Shown one piece after another: positions 1-12,305 of a stretch of 64,000 nt of DNA. The stretch is taken from positions 32,364,001 through 32,428,000 of the forward strand of contig OZ024754.1 in assembly GCA_964016885.1 (NCBI GenBank). Direction: 5' to 3'. Each line of letters opens with the position of its first letter. Within the stretch, counting starts at the first letter, position 1. The notes under the pieces were generated by a model. The model had not been told where the DNA came from, ran no database searches, and saw only the letters and a program-made list of their open reading frames with translations. Source of the stretch: Eledone cirrhosa. Taxonomy: Eukaryota. Made by a program: the position numbers and the translations under genes.

Positions 1-9
1 CTCACTCTT

Positions 10-48
<39 letters not shown>

Positions 49-62
49 ATATATATATATAA

Positions 63-230
63 GGAAAAAAGATGAAATCGAAAATGCAACTGGAGTCTTT
101 TTAAGAATATTTATTTGGTTCCTTTACCGGTTTCACAGTTCTTATGCTTTTCAAAAGTAGAATTGAGATGGAGGGTTTGTGGTTATTCTCGTAAGATGCT
201 CTAGTTGCATTTTCGATTTCATCTTTTTCC
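63..230. mobile_element. (TA)n-flanked island with ~32-bp inverted repeats, Penelope-like pLTR remnant
   Basis: GGAAAAAAGATGAAATCGAAAATGCAACTGGAG (63-95) is inverted at 199-230; contains a hammerhead-like motif at 122-157. Confidence 0.5.
122..157 (-). ncRNA. Minimal hammerhead-like motif, U3-A8 core variant
   Basis: Minus strand: CTT-TTGAAAA-GCA(taagaac)TGT-GAAA-CCGG-TA-AAG; palindromic stem III; AATAAA just downstream; stems are short. Confidence 0.45.
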
Positions 231-292
231 CTTATACTTTCACTCGTGTAGGACATCTCGTTTTTTTTCATTTTGGGAAAAACCCTTCATTT

Positions 293-340
<48 letters not shown>

Positions 341-344
<4 letters not shown>

Positions 345-528
345 GTTTCTACTTTAGGCACAAGGCCAGCAATTACCCAGTGCATTACTGGTACTTTATT
401 TTATCGACCCCGTAAGGATGAAAGGCAAAGTCAACCTCGGCGGGATTTGAACTCAGATCGTAAAGGGACGTAACTATGCTGGAAAGCATGGCGTCCGACC
501 CTCTACCGATACTGCCAATCCACCGCCC
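341..528 (-). mobile_element. tRNA-derived SINE, octopus OR-like, short form
   Basis: A-box-like TGGCAGTATCGG, B-box GAGTTCAAATCCC, body GCCTTTCATCCTTACGGGGTCGATAAAATAAAGTACCAG, tail AGTAGAAACAATT; many near-identical copies in the window. Confidence 0.85.
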
Positions 529-747
529 TCTTATATATATATATATTATATATATATATATAATATATATATATATTATATATATATATATAATATATAT
601 ATATATTATATATATATATTATATATATATATATAAGTATTGAAGTTTCCGTTGAAAATTGAAAAAGTCAGAGGAATGAAGAGTGCTCTATGTAAGTTAC
701 AGAGATATAAAATGACTTACCTACAGTTTAGTGCCTCATTACTAAAT

Positions 748-937
748 AATTGTTTCTACTTTTGACACAAGGCCAGCAATTATCCCAGTGTATTACTGGT
801 ACTTTATTTTATCGTCCCCGTAAGGATGAAAGGCAAAGTTAACCTCGGCGGGATTTGAACTCATATCATACAGGGAGGTAACTCTATGCTTCAAAGCATG
901 GCGTCCGACCCTCTACTGATACTTCCAATCCACCGCC
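748..937 (-). mobile_element. OR-like SINE with target-site duplication
   Basis: Same consensus; TSD CCTCATTACT(A/T)AATAAT at 734-750 and 936-952. Confidence 0.85.
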
Positions 938-1230
938 TCATTACTTAATAATGTATATTACACAGCACAGTAGGATTACCTGTTTATGAAGTCAGAGAAA
1001 AAAACAAAATTGTTATATCGACTTATGGAAATTATCGGAAATTGTTTGTGATCTTAAAACGAAAGATTACCTCGATAATTGATAAGTTTTAGTGTTTGTG
1101 AGGTTACGAAGAAAATTTATTTAAGCATGTATTGTTATTAATCTATATAACTATTTATACTTTGAATGGAATTACTTAATAAATACCAAGTAAAATTATC
1201 TCTTTACTAAATTTCACCACCAACACCACC

Positions 1231-1261
<31 letters not shown>

Positions 1262-1384
1262 CTTCTATGTGAAGAAAATGCCACTAAAGGAGCGGCGACC
1301 ACAATAATCCTTAAGTCTCCATCCCTCTTACCAACGCAACGACAACTACCATCACACGACAACGACCACTACAATCATCATTCA

Positions 1385-1780
1385 CACAACCACCACCACC
1401 ACCACTTCTGACACAACCACCACTACTACTACCACCACTACCACCACTACCACCACCACCACCGTCATTAACAAAACCACCACCACCACCACCACCACCA
1501 CCACCACCACCACCACCAACACCATTACCACCACCAACACCACCACCACTTCTGACACAACCACCACTACTACTACCACCAATACTACCACCACCACCAC
1601 CACCACCAGCACCACCACCACCACCACTTCTGACACAACCACCACTACTACTACTACCACCAATACTACCACCACCACCACCACTTCTGACACAGCCACC
1701 ACTACTACTACCACCACTACCACCACCACCACCACCACTATAACCACCACCACCACCACCACCACCACCACCACCACCAG
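1385..1780. repeat. (CCA/CTA)n compound trinucleotide repeat with a recurring CTTCTGACACAA unit
   Basis: Seen directly; accounts for the poly-G/poly-V ORFs. Confidence 0.9.
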
Positions 1781-2205
1781 AACTGTTTAGCAACTGTAAA
1801 CATTTTTAGGTGAGTGTGTGCCAAATGTTTCAGTTATTGTGGTCGCCACCACACCAGCTCCTCAGACTTACTGACCACACTCTCAATAATCAAATCTGAC
1901 ACATTGCCAACAAGTAAAGCTGCCGTCGAAGCTATCGGCTGCCTTTGAAGAATTTAAAGCCATAATTTCTACATAAACATTCATTTATCCATCGAAGACT
2001 ATCACCGAATCACCAGCAGAAACGATAAACAATCGAACTTACAACTACTACAGACATACACAGACACAGACACACACACACACAGACACATAGACACACA
2101 CATACACACACACAGACATACACAGACACACACACACGCAGACATACAGACATACACAGACACACACACACACACACACATACACAGACACACACACACA
2201 CATAG

Positions 2206-2238
<33 letters not shown>

Positions 2239-2302
2239 CAGACACACAAACACAAAGATATATATTTCTACGCACACATATATATATAACGTATAAATAT
2301 AA

Positions 2303-2336
<34 letters not shown>

Positions 2337-2415
2337 CTTTAAAATAAGAATATATGCATTTTACATATAAATGTTGAAACAATGAAAGAACGTTGACGGC
2401 ACAAATGGCATAATA

Positions 2416-4545
2416 ATGGTGGTGGTGGTGGTAGTGGTGGTGGTGGTGGTGATGGTGGTGGTGGTGGTGGTGGTGGTGATGGTGGTGGTGATGGTGGTGG
2501 TGGTGATGGTGGTGGTGGTGGTGGTGGTGGTGGTGGTGATGGTGGTGGTGGTGATGGTGGTGGTGGTGATGGTGGTGGTGATGGTGGTGGTGATGGTGGT
2601 GGTGGTGATGGTGGTGGTGGTGGTGGTGGTGATGGTGGTGATGGTGGTGATGGTGGTGGTGGTGGTGATAGTGGTGGTGGTGATGGTGGTGGTGATGGTG
2701 GTGGTGGTGATGGTGGTGGTGGTGGTGGTGGTGATGGTGGTGGTGGTGATGGTGGTGGTGGTGGTGATGGTGGTGGTGATGGTGGTGGTGGTGGTGGTGG
2801 TGGTGATGGTGGTGGTGGTGGTGGTGGTGGTGATGGTGGTGGTGGTGATGGTGGTGGTGGTGATGGTGGTGGTGGTGGTGGTGGTGGTGGTGGTGGTGGT
2901 GGTGGTGATGGTGGTGGTGGTGGTGGTGGTGGTGGTGATGGTGGTGGTGGTGGTGGTGATGGTGGTGGTGATGGTGGTGGTGGTGATGGTGGTGGTGGTG
3001 GTGGTGGTGGTGATGGTGGTGATGGTGGTGGTGGTGGTGGTGGTGGTGATGGTGGTGATGGTGGTGGTGGTGGTGGTGGTGGCGGTGGTGGTGGTGGTGG
3101 TGGTGGTGGTGGTGGTGATGGTGGTGGTGGTGGTGGTGGTGGTGATGGTGGCGATGGTGGTGGTGGTGGTGGTGGTGGTGGTGGTGGTGATGGTGGTGAT
3201 GGTGGTGGTGGTGGTGGTGGTGATGGTGGTAGTGGTGGTGATGGTGGTGATGGTGGTGGTGGTGGTGGTGGTGGTGGTGGTGATGGTGGTGGTGGTGGTT
3301 GTGGTGGTGGTGGTGATGGTTGTGGTGGTGGTGGTGGTGGTGGTGGTGGTGGTGGTGGTGGTGGTGATGGTGGTGGTGATGGTGGTGGTGGTGGTGGTGG
3401 TGATGGTGGTGATGGTGGTGGTGGTGGTGGTTGTGATGGTGGTGATGGTGGTGGTGGTGGTGGTGGTGGTGATGGTGGTGATGGTGGTGGTGGTGGTGGT
3501 GGTGATGGTGGTGGTGGTGGTGGTGGTGGTGATGGTGGTGGTGGTGGTGGTGGTGGTGGTGTTGGTGATGGTGGTGATGGTGGTGATGGTGGTGGTGGTG
3601 GTGATGGTGGTGGTGATGGTGGTGGTGGTTGTGGTGGTGGTGGTGGTGGTGGTGGTGGTAGTGGTGGTGGTAGTGGTGGTGGTGATGGTGGTGATGGTGG
3701 TGATGGTGGTGATGGTGGTGATGGTTGTGGTGGTGGTGGTGGTGGTGGTGGTGATGGTGGTGATGATGGTGGTGATGGTGGTGGCGGTAGTGGTGGTGGT
3801 GTCGGTAGAGGTGTTGGTGGTAGTGGTGGTGATCGTGGTGATGGTGATAGTGGTAGTGGGTGGTGTTGGTGTTGGTAGAAGTGTTGGTGGTAGTGGTGGT
3901 GGTTATGTCGGTGGTAGGATTTTTGATGGTTGTCTGAGTGTAGTCAGTGGTAATGCTGGTGGTGGTGGTGGTGGTGGGGGAGGGAGGGGGGGGGCGTAGT
4001 GGTAGTGGTGGTGGTAGTGGTGTTGGTAGTGGTGGAGGTGGTGATAGTGGTTAAGGTCGTAGTGGTGGTATTGCTGGTGGTGGTAGTGGTGTTAGTGGTG
4101 GTGGTGGTGGTGGTGGTAGTGGTGTGCTGGTGGTTATGGTTGTAGTCGGTGGTAATGCTGGTGGTGGTAGTGGTGGTAGTAATAGTGGTGGTGGTGGTGG
4201 TAGTAGTAGTGGTTAAGGTCGTAGTCAGTGGTATTGCTGGTGGTTGTAGTAGTGGTTATGGTCGAAGTTAGTGGGAGGGTATGCTGGTGGTGGTGGCAGT
4301 GGTGTTGGTAGTGGTGGTGATAGTGGTGGTGATAGTGGTGGTGGTGGTGGTAGTGGTGGTGGTAGTGGTGTTGGTAGTGGTGTTGGTAGTGGTGGTAGTG
4401 GTGTTGGTAGTGACGGTGGTGGTGGTTATGGTCGACGTTGATGGTAATGCTGGTGGTGGTGGTAGTGGTGTTGGTAGTAGTGGTGGTGTTGGCAGTGGTG
4501 GTAGTGGTGTGCTGGTGGTTATGGTCGAAGTTGGTGGCAGTTGTA
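2416..4545. repeat. (GGT)n repeat interspersed with GAT/AGT, ~2.1 kb
   Basis: Seen directly. Confidence 0.95.
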
Positions 4546-4627
4546 AATAAATAAGAATGCTATGAAGTTATTTGAAGAGTATTGTTTGATGTTTTATCAC
4601 AATATTATTTGAAAACAGCAATGTTCT

Positions 4628-4689
<62 letters not shown>

Positions 4690-4902
4690 ACACGCACACA
4701 CAGACTCACACGCGCGCGCGCACACACACAAACACGCACACACATACATATATATGTATATATATATAAACTTAAACAAATAGTAAATTTAGAGAGATAT
4801 CTATCTATCCACCCATCTATCTATCTATCTATCTATCTATATATCCACCCATCCATCTATCTATCTATCTATCTATCTATCTATATATCCACCCATCCAC
4901 CC

Positions 4903-4958
<56 letters not shown>

Positions 4959-5272
4959 CTATATATCTATCTATCTATCTATCTATCCATCCATCTATTT
5001 AGTACGCACACACATACTTGCATACAAACACTCCTAAATTTACGTATGTATAAGTAGAAATATCTAACTGCCACCCAACCACACAACCCCATACATATGT
5101 ACCTTCCTGCCACTCCTACCATTTGGGCGGACAAAAATCAGCTCCTCTTTGATGCATGTAGTATTGAACAAATTACTGGAACGCAATGTTTTTTTAGTAG
5201 GTTACTGTCCAAAATTTTGCAACTTACATATTTTTATGATTTTTAAGCTTTTCATAGAGTGCACGCGCGCGT

Positions 5273-5323
<51 letters not shown>

Positions 5324-5589
5324 CTCACTCACATACACCCCTACATATATATATATATATACATTTATAAATACACACACAGACACATATATATTATATA
5401 TATACACACATATACATATATAAATGGACATATATATTATAATCTTTTCATATACATATATATATCACACACACACACATATCTATATATATATATAACG
5501 AAGGAAATGTGGTAAGGAACCAGGTGGACCATAACGCACCAAAGTACTCAATACTTGGGGTAGTAGAGTGGGTAATAGGAACCAGTAAG

Positions 5590-5683
5590 ACCCCGACGGC
5601 TGAGCTCAAGCCGTTTCGACGGCTAATTCTGGACTAAATGAAAATTTATCCTGGTATTTAAATAGCCGATCTTCTCAAGGGGT
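5590..5683 (-). ncRNA. Type I hammerhead ribozyme, U3-A8 variant, GUC cleavage site intact
   Basis: Minus strand: ACCCC-TTGAGAA-GATCGGCTA...TAGCCGTC-GAAA-CGGCT(tgagctc)AGCCG-TC-GGGGT; stems I, II and III all pair. Confidence 0.75.
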
Positions 5684-5749
5684 AATTCCATATATGGTCA
5701 AAGTGATTGTCAAAAATGTTTGACAATCACTTTGACCATATATGGAATT

Positions 5750-5843
5750 ACCCCTTGAGAAGATCGGCTATTTAAATACCAGGATAAATTTTCATTTAGT
5801 CCAGAATTAGCCGTCGAAACGGCTTGAGCTCAGCCGCCGGGGT
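5750..5843 (+). ncRNA. Mirror hammerhead with GCC instead of GUC, predicted inactive
   Basis: Identical to the 5590-5683 motif except C5837 at position U16.1. Confidence 0.7.
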
Positions 5844-5853
5844 CTTACTGGTT

Positions 5854-5896
<43 letters not shown>

Positions 5897-6401
5897 TTGT
5901 TGTTGGTGATGATCATGGAGCTGGTGAAGGTGTTGGTGATAGGGATAGTGGTGGTGGTGGTGGAGGTGGTAGCTGTCGAAACGGCCGGAGCTCAGCCATC
6001 GGGGTCCTAAATCTTTTCATATTACTCACTCTACTACCCCAAGTATCGAGTACTCTGGTGGGTTATGGTCCACCTGGTATTTTACCACACCCTTTATGAT
6101 ACTTATATATATATATATTTTCTACTCGCTCATATATTCACCCAGCTTATACTGATAGAATAACTATGTAGCTTGTGTCTTTCCTATCTTTGGTTAGCTT
6201 TCCTCTGTGTTGTTTACTTGTCTCACTCGCTTTACGCGTTTTAATTGTCCTAATAACTTATTTTAGTTATTATTGCGCCAACGTGAGGTATATGATTTTT
6301 AATGCAATGAAATACCTGTGACCGTTGGTAAATCACTGATGAGGGACTCATTTTATAACATGTTATCCATGTGCAACCATGCAGTATTCTTCTCCCCATT
6401 T

Positions 6402-6447
<46 letters not shown>

Positions 6448-6491
6448 AAGTTAAATAAAAGTCAAATGATTAAAATTTAGGTTCGTTTATT

Positions 6492-6546
6492 ACTGCTATA
6501 TATATTTCAGTGACAGCCATCTTTGGCTGTGACCTCTTCAGGCAGT
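6492..6546 (-). ncRNA. Minimal type I hammerhead ribozyme
   Basis: Minus strand: ACTGC-CTGAAGA-GGTCACAGCC(aaagat)GGCTGTCACT-GAAA-TATATA-TA-GCAGT then AATAAA. Confidence 0.75.
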
Positions 6547-6635
6547 TTGATTTAGTATGGTATAGACAAGTTGAGGTGTATAATATTGTCAATACTCTGA
6601 TATGCCCAGTTCCTTGTTGGGTTGTTATTTCACTG

Positions 6636-6800
<165 letters not shown>

Positions 6801-6914
6801 TATATGTGTGTGAACAATTGTCTTCATAGATTGTATCACATTCAACATTTTCGACTGTGTTCCTGAACTGGCTGAGACTAGAGATAAACTGTTGTACATA
6901 CATTATAACTTTAC

Positions 6915-7090
6915 GGATTGGCAGTATCAGTAGAGGGTCGGACGCGATGCTTTGCAGCATAGTTACGTCCCTTTACGGACTGAGTTCAAATCCCGCCGAG
7001 GTTAACTTTGCCTTTCATCCTTACGGGGTCGATAAAATAAAGTACCAGTAATACACTGGGATAATTGCTGGCCAAAAGTAGAAACAATTA
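6915..7090 (+). mobile_element. OR-like SINE
   Basis: Consensus match; ATTATAACTTTA duplicated on both flanks. Confidence 0.85.
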
Positions 7091-7244
7091 TAACTTTAAA
7101 CTCTGAATATGATAGCTATGAACCAAAGCCGGCGCCTGGCTATTTATCGCCTTGCTATTTAGTGTCCTAGGCTTCTATAATGTGGACCCATTATAGTCTG
7201 TCTTGAACCCAGAGGCTCATCAATCTGCTGCTTATTCTAGTTTC

Positions 7245-8193
7245 CAATGCGTTAAGCAACTGAGAGTACAAGACTTTCCCCTGGACAGGTCCATCGTAGG
7301 GTTAATCCCCCACCTATTGCTCCTACTCATTTTCAACTGAGTCTACTGGAACAACGTGAAATGAAATGTTTTGCTCAAGAACACAACACACAACCCAGTC
7401 CAGGAATCGAACACGGAACAACATGAAATGAAATGTTTTGCTCAAGAACACAACACACAACCCAGTCCAGGAATCGAACACGGAACAACGTGAAATGAAA
7501 TGTTTTGCTCAAGAACACAACACACAACCCAGTCCAGGAATCGAACACGGAACAACATGAAATGAAATGTTTTGCTCAAGAACACAACACACAACCCAGT
7601 CCAGGAATCGAACACGGAACAACGTGAAATGAAATGTTTTGCTCAAGAACACAACACACAACCCAGTCCAGGAATCGAACACGGAACAACGTGAAATGAA
7701 ATGTTTTGCTCAAGAACACAACGCACAACCCAGTCCAGGAATCGAACACGGAACAACATGAAATGAAATGTTTTGCTCAAGAACACAACACACAACCCAG
7801 TCCAGGAATCGAACACGGAACAACGTGAAATGAAATGTTTTGCTCAAGAACACAACACACAACCCAGTCCAGGAATCGAACACGGAACAACGTGAAATGA
7901 AATGTTTTGCTCAAGAACACAACGCACAACCCAGTCCAGGAATCGAACACGGAACAACATGAAATGAAATGTTTTGCTCAAGAACACAACACACAACCCA
8001 GTCCAGGAATCGAACACGGAACAACGTGAAATGAAATGTTTTGCTCAAGAACACAACGCACAACCCAGTCCAGGAATCGAACACGGAACAACATGAAATG
8101 AAATGTTTTGCTCAAGAACACAACACACAACCCAGTCAGGGAATCGAACACACGACATTATGATCGTAAGTCCTGACCGCTATGCCACGCGCT
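7245..8193 (-). mobile_element. Second tRNA-derived SINE family containing an internal tandem amplification
   Basis: Minus strand: head TGGCATAGCGG (A box), GTTCGATTCC (B box), GTGTTCTTGAGCAAAACATTTCATTTCAC, then AACCCTACGATGGACCTGTCCAGGGG. Confidence 0.65.
7348..8152. repeat. 67-bp minisatellite, ~12 copies
   Basis: Unit GGAACAAC(G/A)TGAAATGAAATGTTTTGCTCAAGAACACAACACACAACCCAGTCCAGGAATCGAACAC; starts at 7348, 7415 and so on. Confidence 0.95.
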
Positions 8194-8639
8194 ACCATTT
8201 TATATTAACCATTTAATATAAATCGCGAATGCTGTAGAATGAGAACGTTAAGCAGTGCAAATCATGTGTGATGACATCAATTGGGAATAGCAACCGTGTA
8301 AGGGACTCAATTTATCAGAAGTCTACTTACCTCTTGCTGTGCCGTGCTTGTTTTTACATGCATTGTAAATACTGGCTTCTTTCAAATAGATTCTAATGAC
8401 CTATATTTTGAGGAAAGGAAAATATATACAGCGACGTTTGTAAAATTTCCCGAGAGGATTGCTAGCGTAAATGAACCGACATTTTCGTTGAAGTTTCGGC
8501 GTGCAGGGCATTTTTGTTGTAAATATCACCACCGCAATAACGACTGACGAACTATTTAGTGCGACCTCCCGTGGCATCGGGTATTATGAACCCGCCTCCT
8601 CTTTAGTGATATGGTCCGGTTAATCAAATCGAAAGTTAA

Positions 8640-9030
8640 TTAGATATTTTAGAAAACTTGTTCTGTGGCATATTGTTACAGTTCTTTTCGTTCTGAGTTC
8701 AAATCCCACAAAGGTTAAATTTGCCTTTCATCCTCAGAAGGTCGATAAAATAAAGTACCAGTAACGCACTAGGATCTTAACGCACTATAATCGACTTTCT
8801 CCTCTTCCCAAATTGTTGACCTTGTGCCTAAATCAGAAACCATTATGTGGATTGGCAGTATCGGTAGAGAGTCGGACGCCATGCTTTCCAGCATAGTTAC
8901 GTCCCTTTACGATCTGAGTTCAAATCCCGCCGAGGTTGACTTTGCCTTTCATCCTTACGGGGTCGATAAAATAAAGTACCAGTAAGGCACTGGGTTGTTG
9001 CTGGCCTTGTGCCTAAAGTAGAAACAATTA
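8640..9030 (+). mobile_element. Two tandem OR-like SINEs (older long form, then young short form)
   Basis: GAGTTCAAATCCC...GTCGATAAAATAAAGTACCAG occurs twice. Confidence 0.8.
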
Positions 9031-9134
9031 TTTTACAATTGAGGTTTACATAATGAGGTTGTGTTAATACTTTTGATGTCGAATCGCCTGAAACCGCCCC
9101 TGGTTCTATGATCCCCAAAATCTTTGTTTCAAAC

Positions 9135-9605
9135 TCATGTAGACTTAGAAGCTCCCGTGTCATGAGATATATGAGGCAGCCAAAGTCCTCCAATGAGCAC
9201 GGTCAGTTGTATTTATCAATATATCGTTCCAAATTTTGGTGACGTCGGTTTACTTGTGCCGTTCTCTTTGTCTCATTCCACCGGGGAGGGGCTACCGATA
9301 CAGAACCTGATTAGCATGTTTCTCACTTGGGAGTTGTGTGACTTGTCCTAACCAGCCAAGTCTACACTTACACATGATGTTAGACGCATGTTGTTGGTGT
9401 ATTTGTTGATGAACTTCTTCATGGTGATGAAGTCATCATACCTGATGCCAAAGATTTGGTGTCAAAAGCATCAAATTAGTTCTCTTGGCTGGTCTTCACA
9501 CTTCATGTTTCACACCCCTACAGGAGTGTTGAAAGCACATTGCTGTTGTAAAATCTCATCTTGGTACGAAGCGAAAGGTTTCCGCTTTTCCAGATCTTGT
9601 TGAGG
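9135..9605 (-). pseudogene. Decayed RTE-clade LINE ORF C-terminus and 3' end
   Basis: Manual translation KIWKSGNLSLRTKMRFYNSNVLSTLL*GCET*...GIRYDDFIT...RLGWLGQV...NQVLY matches the typical RTE post-RT motifs (LLYGCETW, RLRWLGHV); multiple stops. Confidence 0.75.
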
Positions 9606-10324
9606 TGCTTATATTTATCTAAAACATTCCATCATAAATTTGATGGAAAAAAAATTGTTAAAGACTAACTTAATTATAAAATTGTTAGTTATATTACTAA
9701 ATCGAAATTCTTGTTTTTTTTTTGTTGTTTTAGAAGACATCTTTTTATTGGTATATAGCATGAAAATACAGTTTAATAGAAAAAGAAAAAAAAAAAAAAG
9801 AAAATTTAGATTGAGAAGAATGGAATGTAAAATAAGAAAATATAGAGAACAAAGAGAAAAGGAAATAAGAAAAAAAACGGGAAGATTTGAAAATAGTAGC
9901 CAGTCTCTTTCATTGGAAATATGGTAATGAAAGAATTAAAAAGCATTCGGAAAATTTAAAATTTGAAATGTAGTGGTCCCAACGCAGAAGTTAATAATAA
10001 TAGCCCACTACTATAAATAACAGTTGAATAACTCTGGTAAATTACATCTGGTAAATTATATCTGGTGAACTACATCTGGTAAATTACATCTGGTAAGTTA
10101 CATCTGGAGACGGAAAAAAAAGTGGACAGAGGCGATTCTGTCCACATTTCCCTCTCTGGGGTTCTTTATCTGATTTTCCAACTATTATTTTCAGCAATCG
10201 ACTATTATTATAGTTATCTCCATTGGGATGACAACATTTAAAATTCATATTGTTCATTATTATATACAGATATTTTTTTGTTATAAAGAAATTGTTCTTC
10301 ATTTTGTAATATCTCTACTCCAGT

Positions 10325-10885
10325 AAGCTTGTGGCGAACGAAGTGGATTGACAGACTTGGTAGAGTGTCGGACAAATGGTGGGTGGTATTTAATCCGGCC
10401 ATTTGCATTTTGAGTTCAAATCTCACTGAGGTCAACTTTACCTTTCATTGTTTTGGGGTCGATATAATAAAGTACCAGTAATGTACTATGGTCGATATAA
10501 TTGGTTTTCCTGTTCCCCCAAATTATTTGTCTTGTGTCAATGTTAGAAATAATCATTATTGTTAACTTTGCCTTTCATCCTTACGGGGTCGATAAAATAA
10601 AGTACCAGTAATACACTGGGATAATTGCTGGCCTTGTGCCAAATGTAGAAACAATTATTATTCCTAGTAATAGGGTGGTGGATTGGCAGAATCGGTAGAG
10701 CGTCAGGCACCATGCTTTGCATTATTTAGTTACGGCCCTTTACGTTCTGAGTTCAAATCCTACCGAGGTTAGCTTTGCCTTTCATCCGTAAGGATAAAAT
10801 AAAGTACCAGTAATGCACTGGGCGATTTGGTCGACTATTTCTTCCCTTCAAATTGCTGACCTTGTGCCTCTAGTAGAAACAATTA
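10325..10885 (+). mobile_element. Cluster of three OR-like SINEs, one 5'-truncated
   Basis: Body motif at ~10440, ~10570 and ~10780. Confidence 0.8.
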
Positions 10886-10989
10886 TTATTCCTTAGTAGT
10901 GGTGGTGGTGGTGGTAGTAGTGTGGTTGTTTGTATGTGTGGGTGTATGTATATAAATGCGTGTGTGTGTATGTGGCATGTTGTATGAGT

Positions 10990-11595
10990 ATGGTAGTAGC
11001 AGTGGTGGTGGTAGTAGTAGTATTAGTAGTAGTATTAGTAGTAGTAGTGGTAGTAGCAGTAGTGGTGGTAGTAGTAGTTGTAGTGGTAGTAGTAGTAGTG
11101 GTAGTGGTAGTAGTAGTGGTGGTAGTAGTAGTAGTGGTAGTGGTAGTAGTAGTGGTAGTAATAGTGGTAGTAGAGGTAGTAGTAGTAGTAGTGGTGGTAG
11201 TGGTAGTAGTAGTAGTAGTAGTAGTTGTTGTAGTGGTAGTAGTAGTAGTGGTAGTAGTAGTAGTGGTAGGAGTAGTAGTTGTAGTGGCAGTAGTAGTAGT
11301 AATAGTGGTAGTAGTAGTAGTAGTTGTAGTGGTAGTAGTAGTAGTGGTGGTAGTAGTAGTAGTAGTGGTAGTAGTAGTAGTAGTAGTAGTGGTAGGAGTA
11401 GTAGTTGTAGTGGCAGTAGTAGTAGTAATAGTGGTAGTAGTAGTAGTAGTTGTAGTGGTAGTAGTAGTAGTGGTGGTAGTAGTAGTAGTAGTGGTAGTAG
11501 TAGTAGTAGTAGTAGTGGTAGGAGTAGTAGTTGTAGTGGCAGTAGTAGTAGTAATAGTGGTAGTAGTAGTAGTAGTTGTAGTGGTAGTAGTAGTA

Positions 11596-11642
<47 letters not shown>

Positions 11643-11645
11643 TGT
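10990..11645. repeat. (AGT/GGT)n compound repeat with higher-order duplication
   Basis: GGTAGGAGTAGTAGTTGTAGTGGCAG recurs three times. Confidence 0.9.
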
Positions 11646-12305
11646 ACGAAAACATGCAAGGGAAAGATGGCGGGAGGTCGCGGGGTGGCGAAGCTGCCAA
11701 AGATTTGTTTTTCCATTTCATCACGACACGGTTAGCTTAGTATGCAATCATTTGAAACCTCTCTCACTGCAACCTTCTCCCCCCACTCCCCCCTCACACC
11801 TCTCCCACTCCACCTTCTCACCCCCACTTCACCCCTCTCACCTCCCACCTCACCCTCTCATCTTTCCCACTGCAATCTTCCTACCCCCCCCAACTCCAAC
11901 CTTCTCATCTCCCCTCTCCTCTCCCCCTCTCCTCCTCTCCTCTCGCCCTCTCCAACCCTATCACCTCTCACCTCCCACTCCATCCTCTCACTTCCCCTCT
12001 CAACTCCACTCACCTCCTCTCACCCCCCTCTTCAACAATCCACCTCTCACCTCCCACCCCACCCTCTCACTTTCCACCCCCCCCCCTCCACCCTCTCACC
12101 CCCTCTTCAACCCCTCACCCCCACCACAGTCCTATCACCTCCCACTCAAACCCCTCTCTATCTCTCTTACCCTTCATGTTAACAGTTCAATTAATTTCAA
12201 TGTTGTATCGATGAGTTATTCCTTCTTTCTGTTGACTTTGTATTTGTAGAAATAGTTTAAAAAACAACAACAAAAAGGTGATATGAGAAACATCAGACGG
12301 CAGAG

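Larger units (their letters stand above)
5500..6100. mobile_element. Palindromic Penelope-like pLTR structure
   Basis: Palindrome 5575-5858 (140-bp arms, 4-nt spacer, 1 mismatch); a more diverged inverted copy of ~5505-5625 lies at ~5971-6090; flanked by (TA)n. Confidence 0.65.

Noticed and set aside
942-980. Terminal coding exon VILLCCVIYIIK* on the minus strand
   Set aside because: Plausible acceptor but only 12 codons and no linked upstream coding exon.
6270-6390. Hammerhead at CTGATGAGGG (6336); similarly at 28321 and 23201
   Set aside because: Core 5' half is present but there is no correctly placed GAAA with stems; at best decayed.
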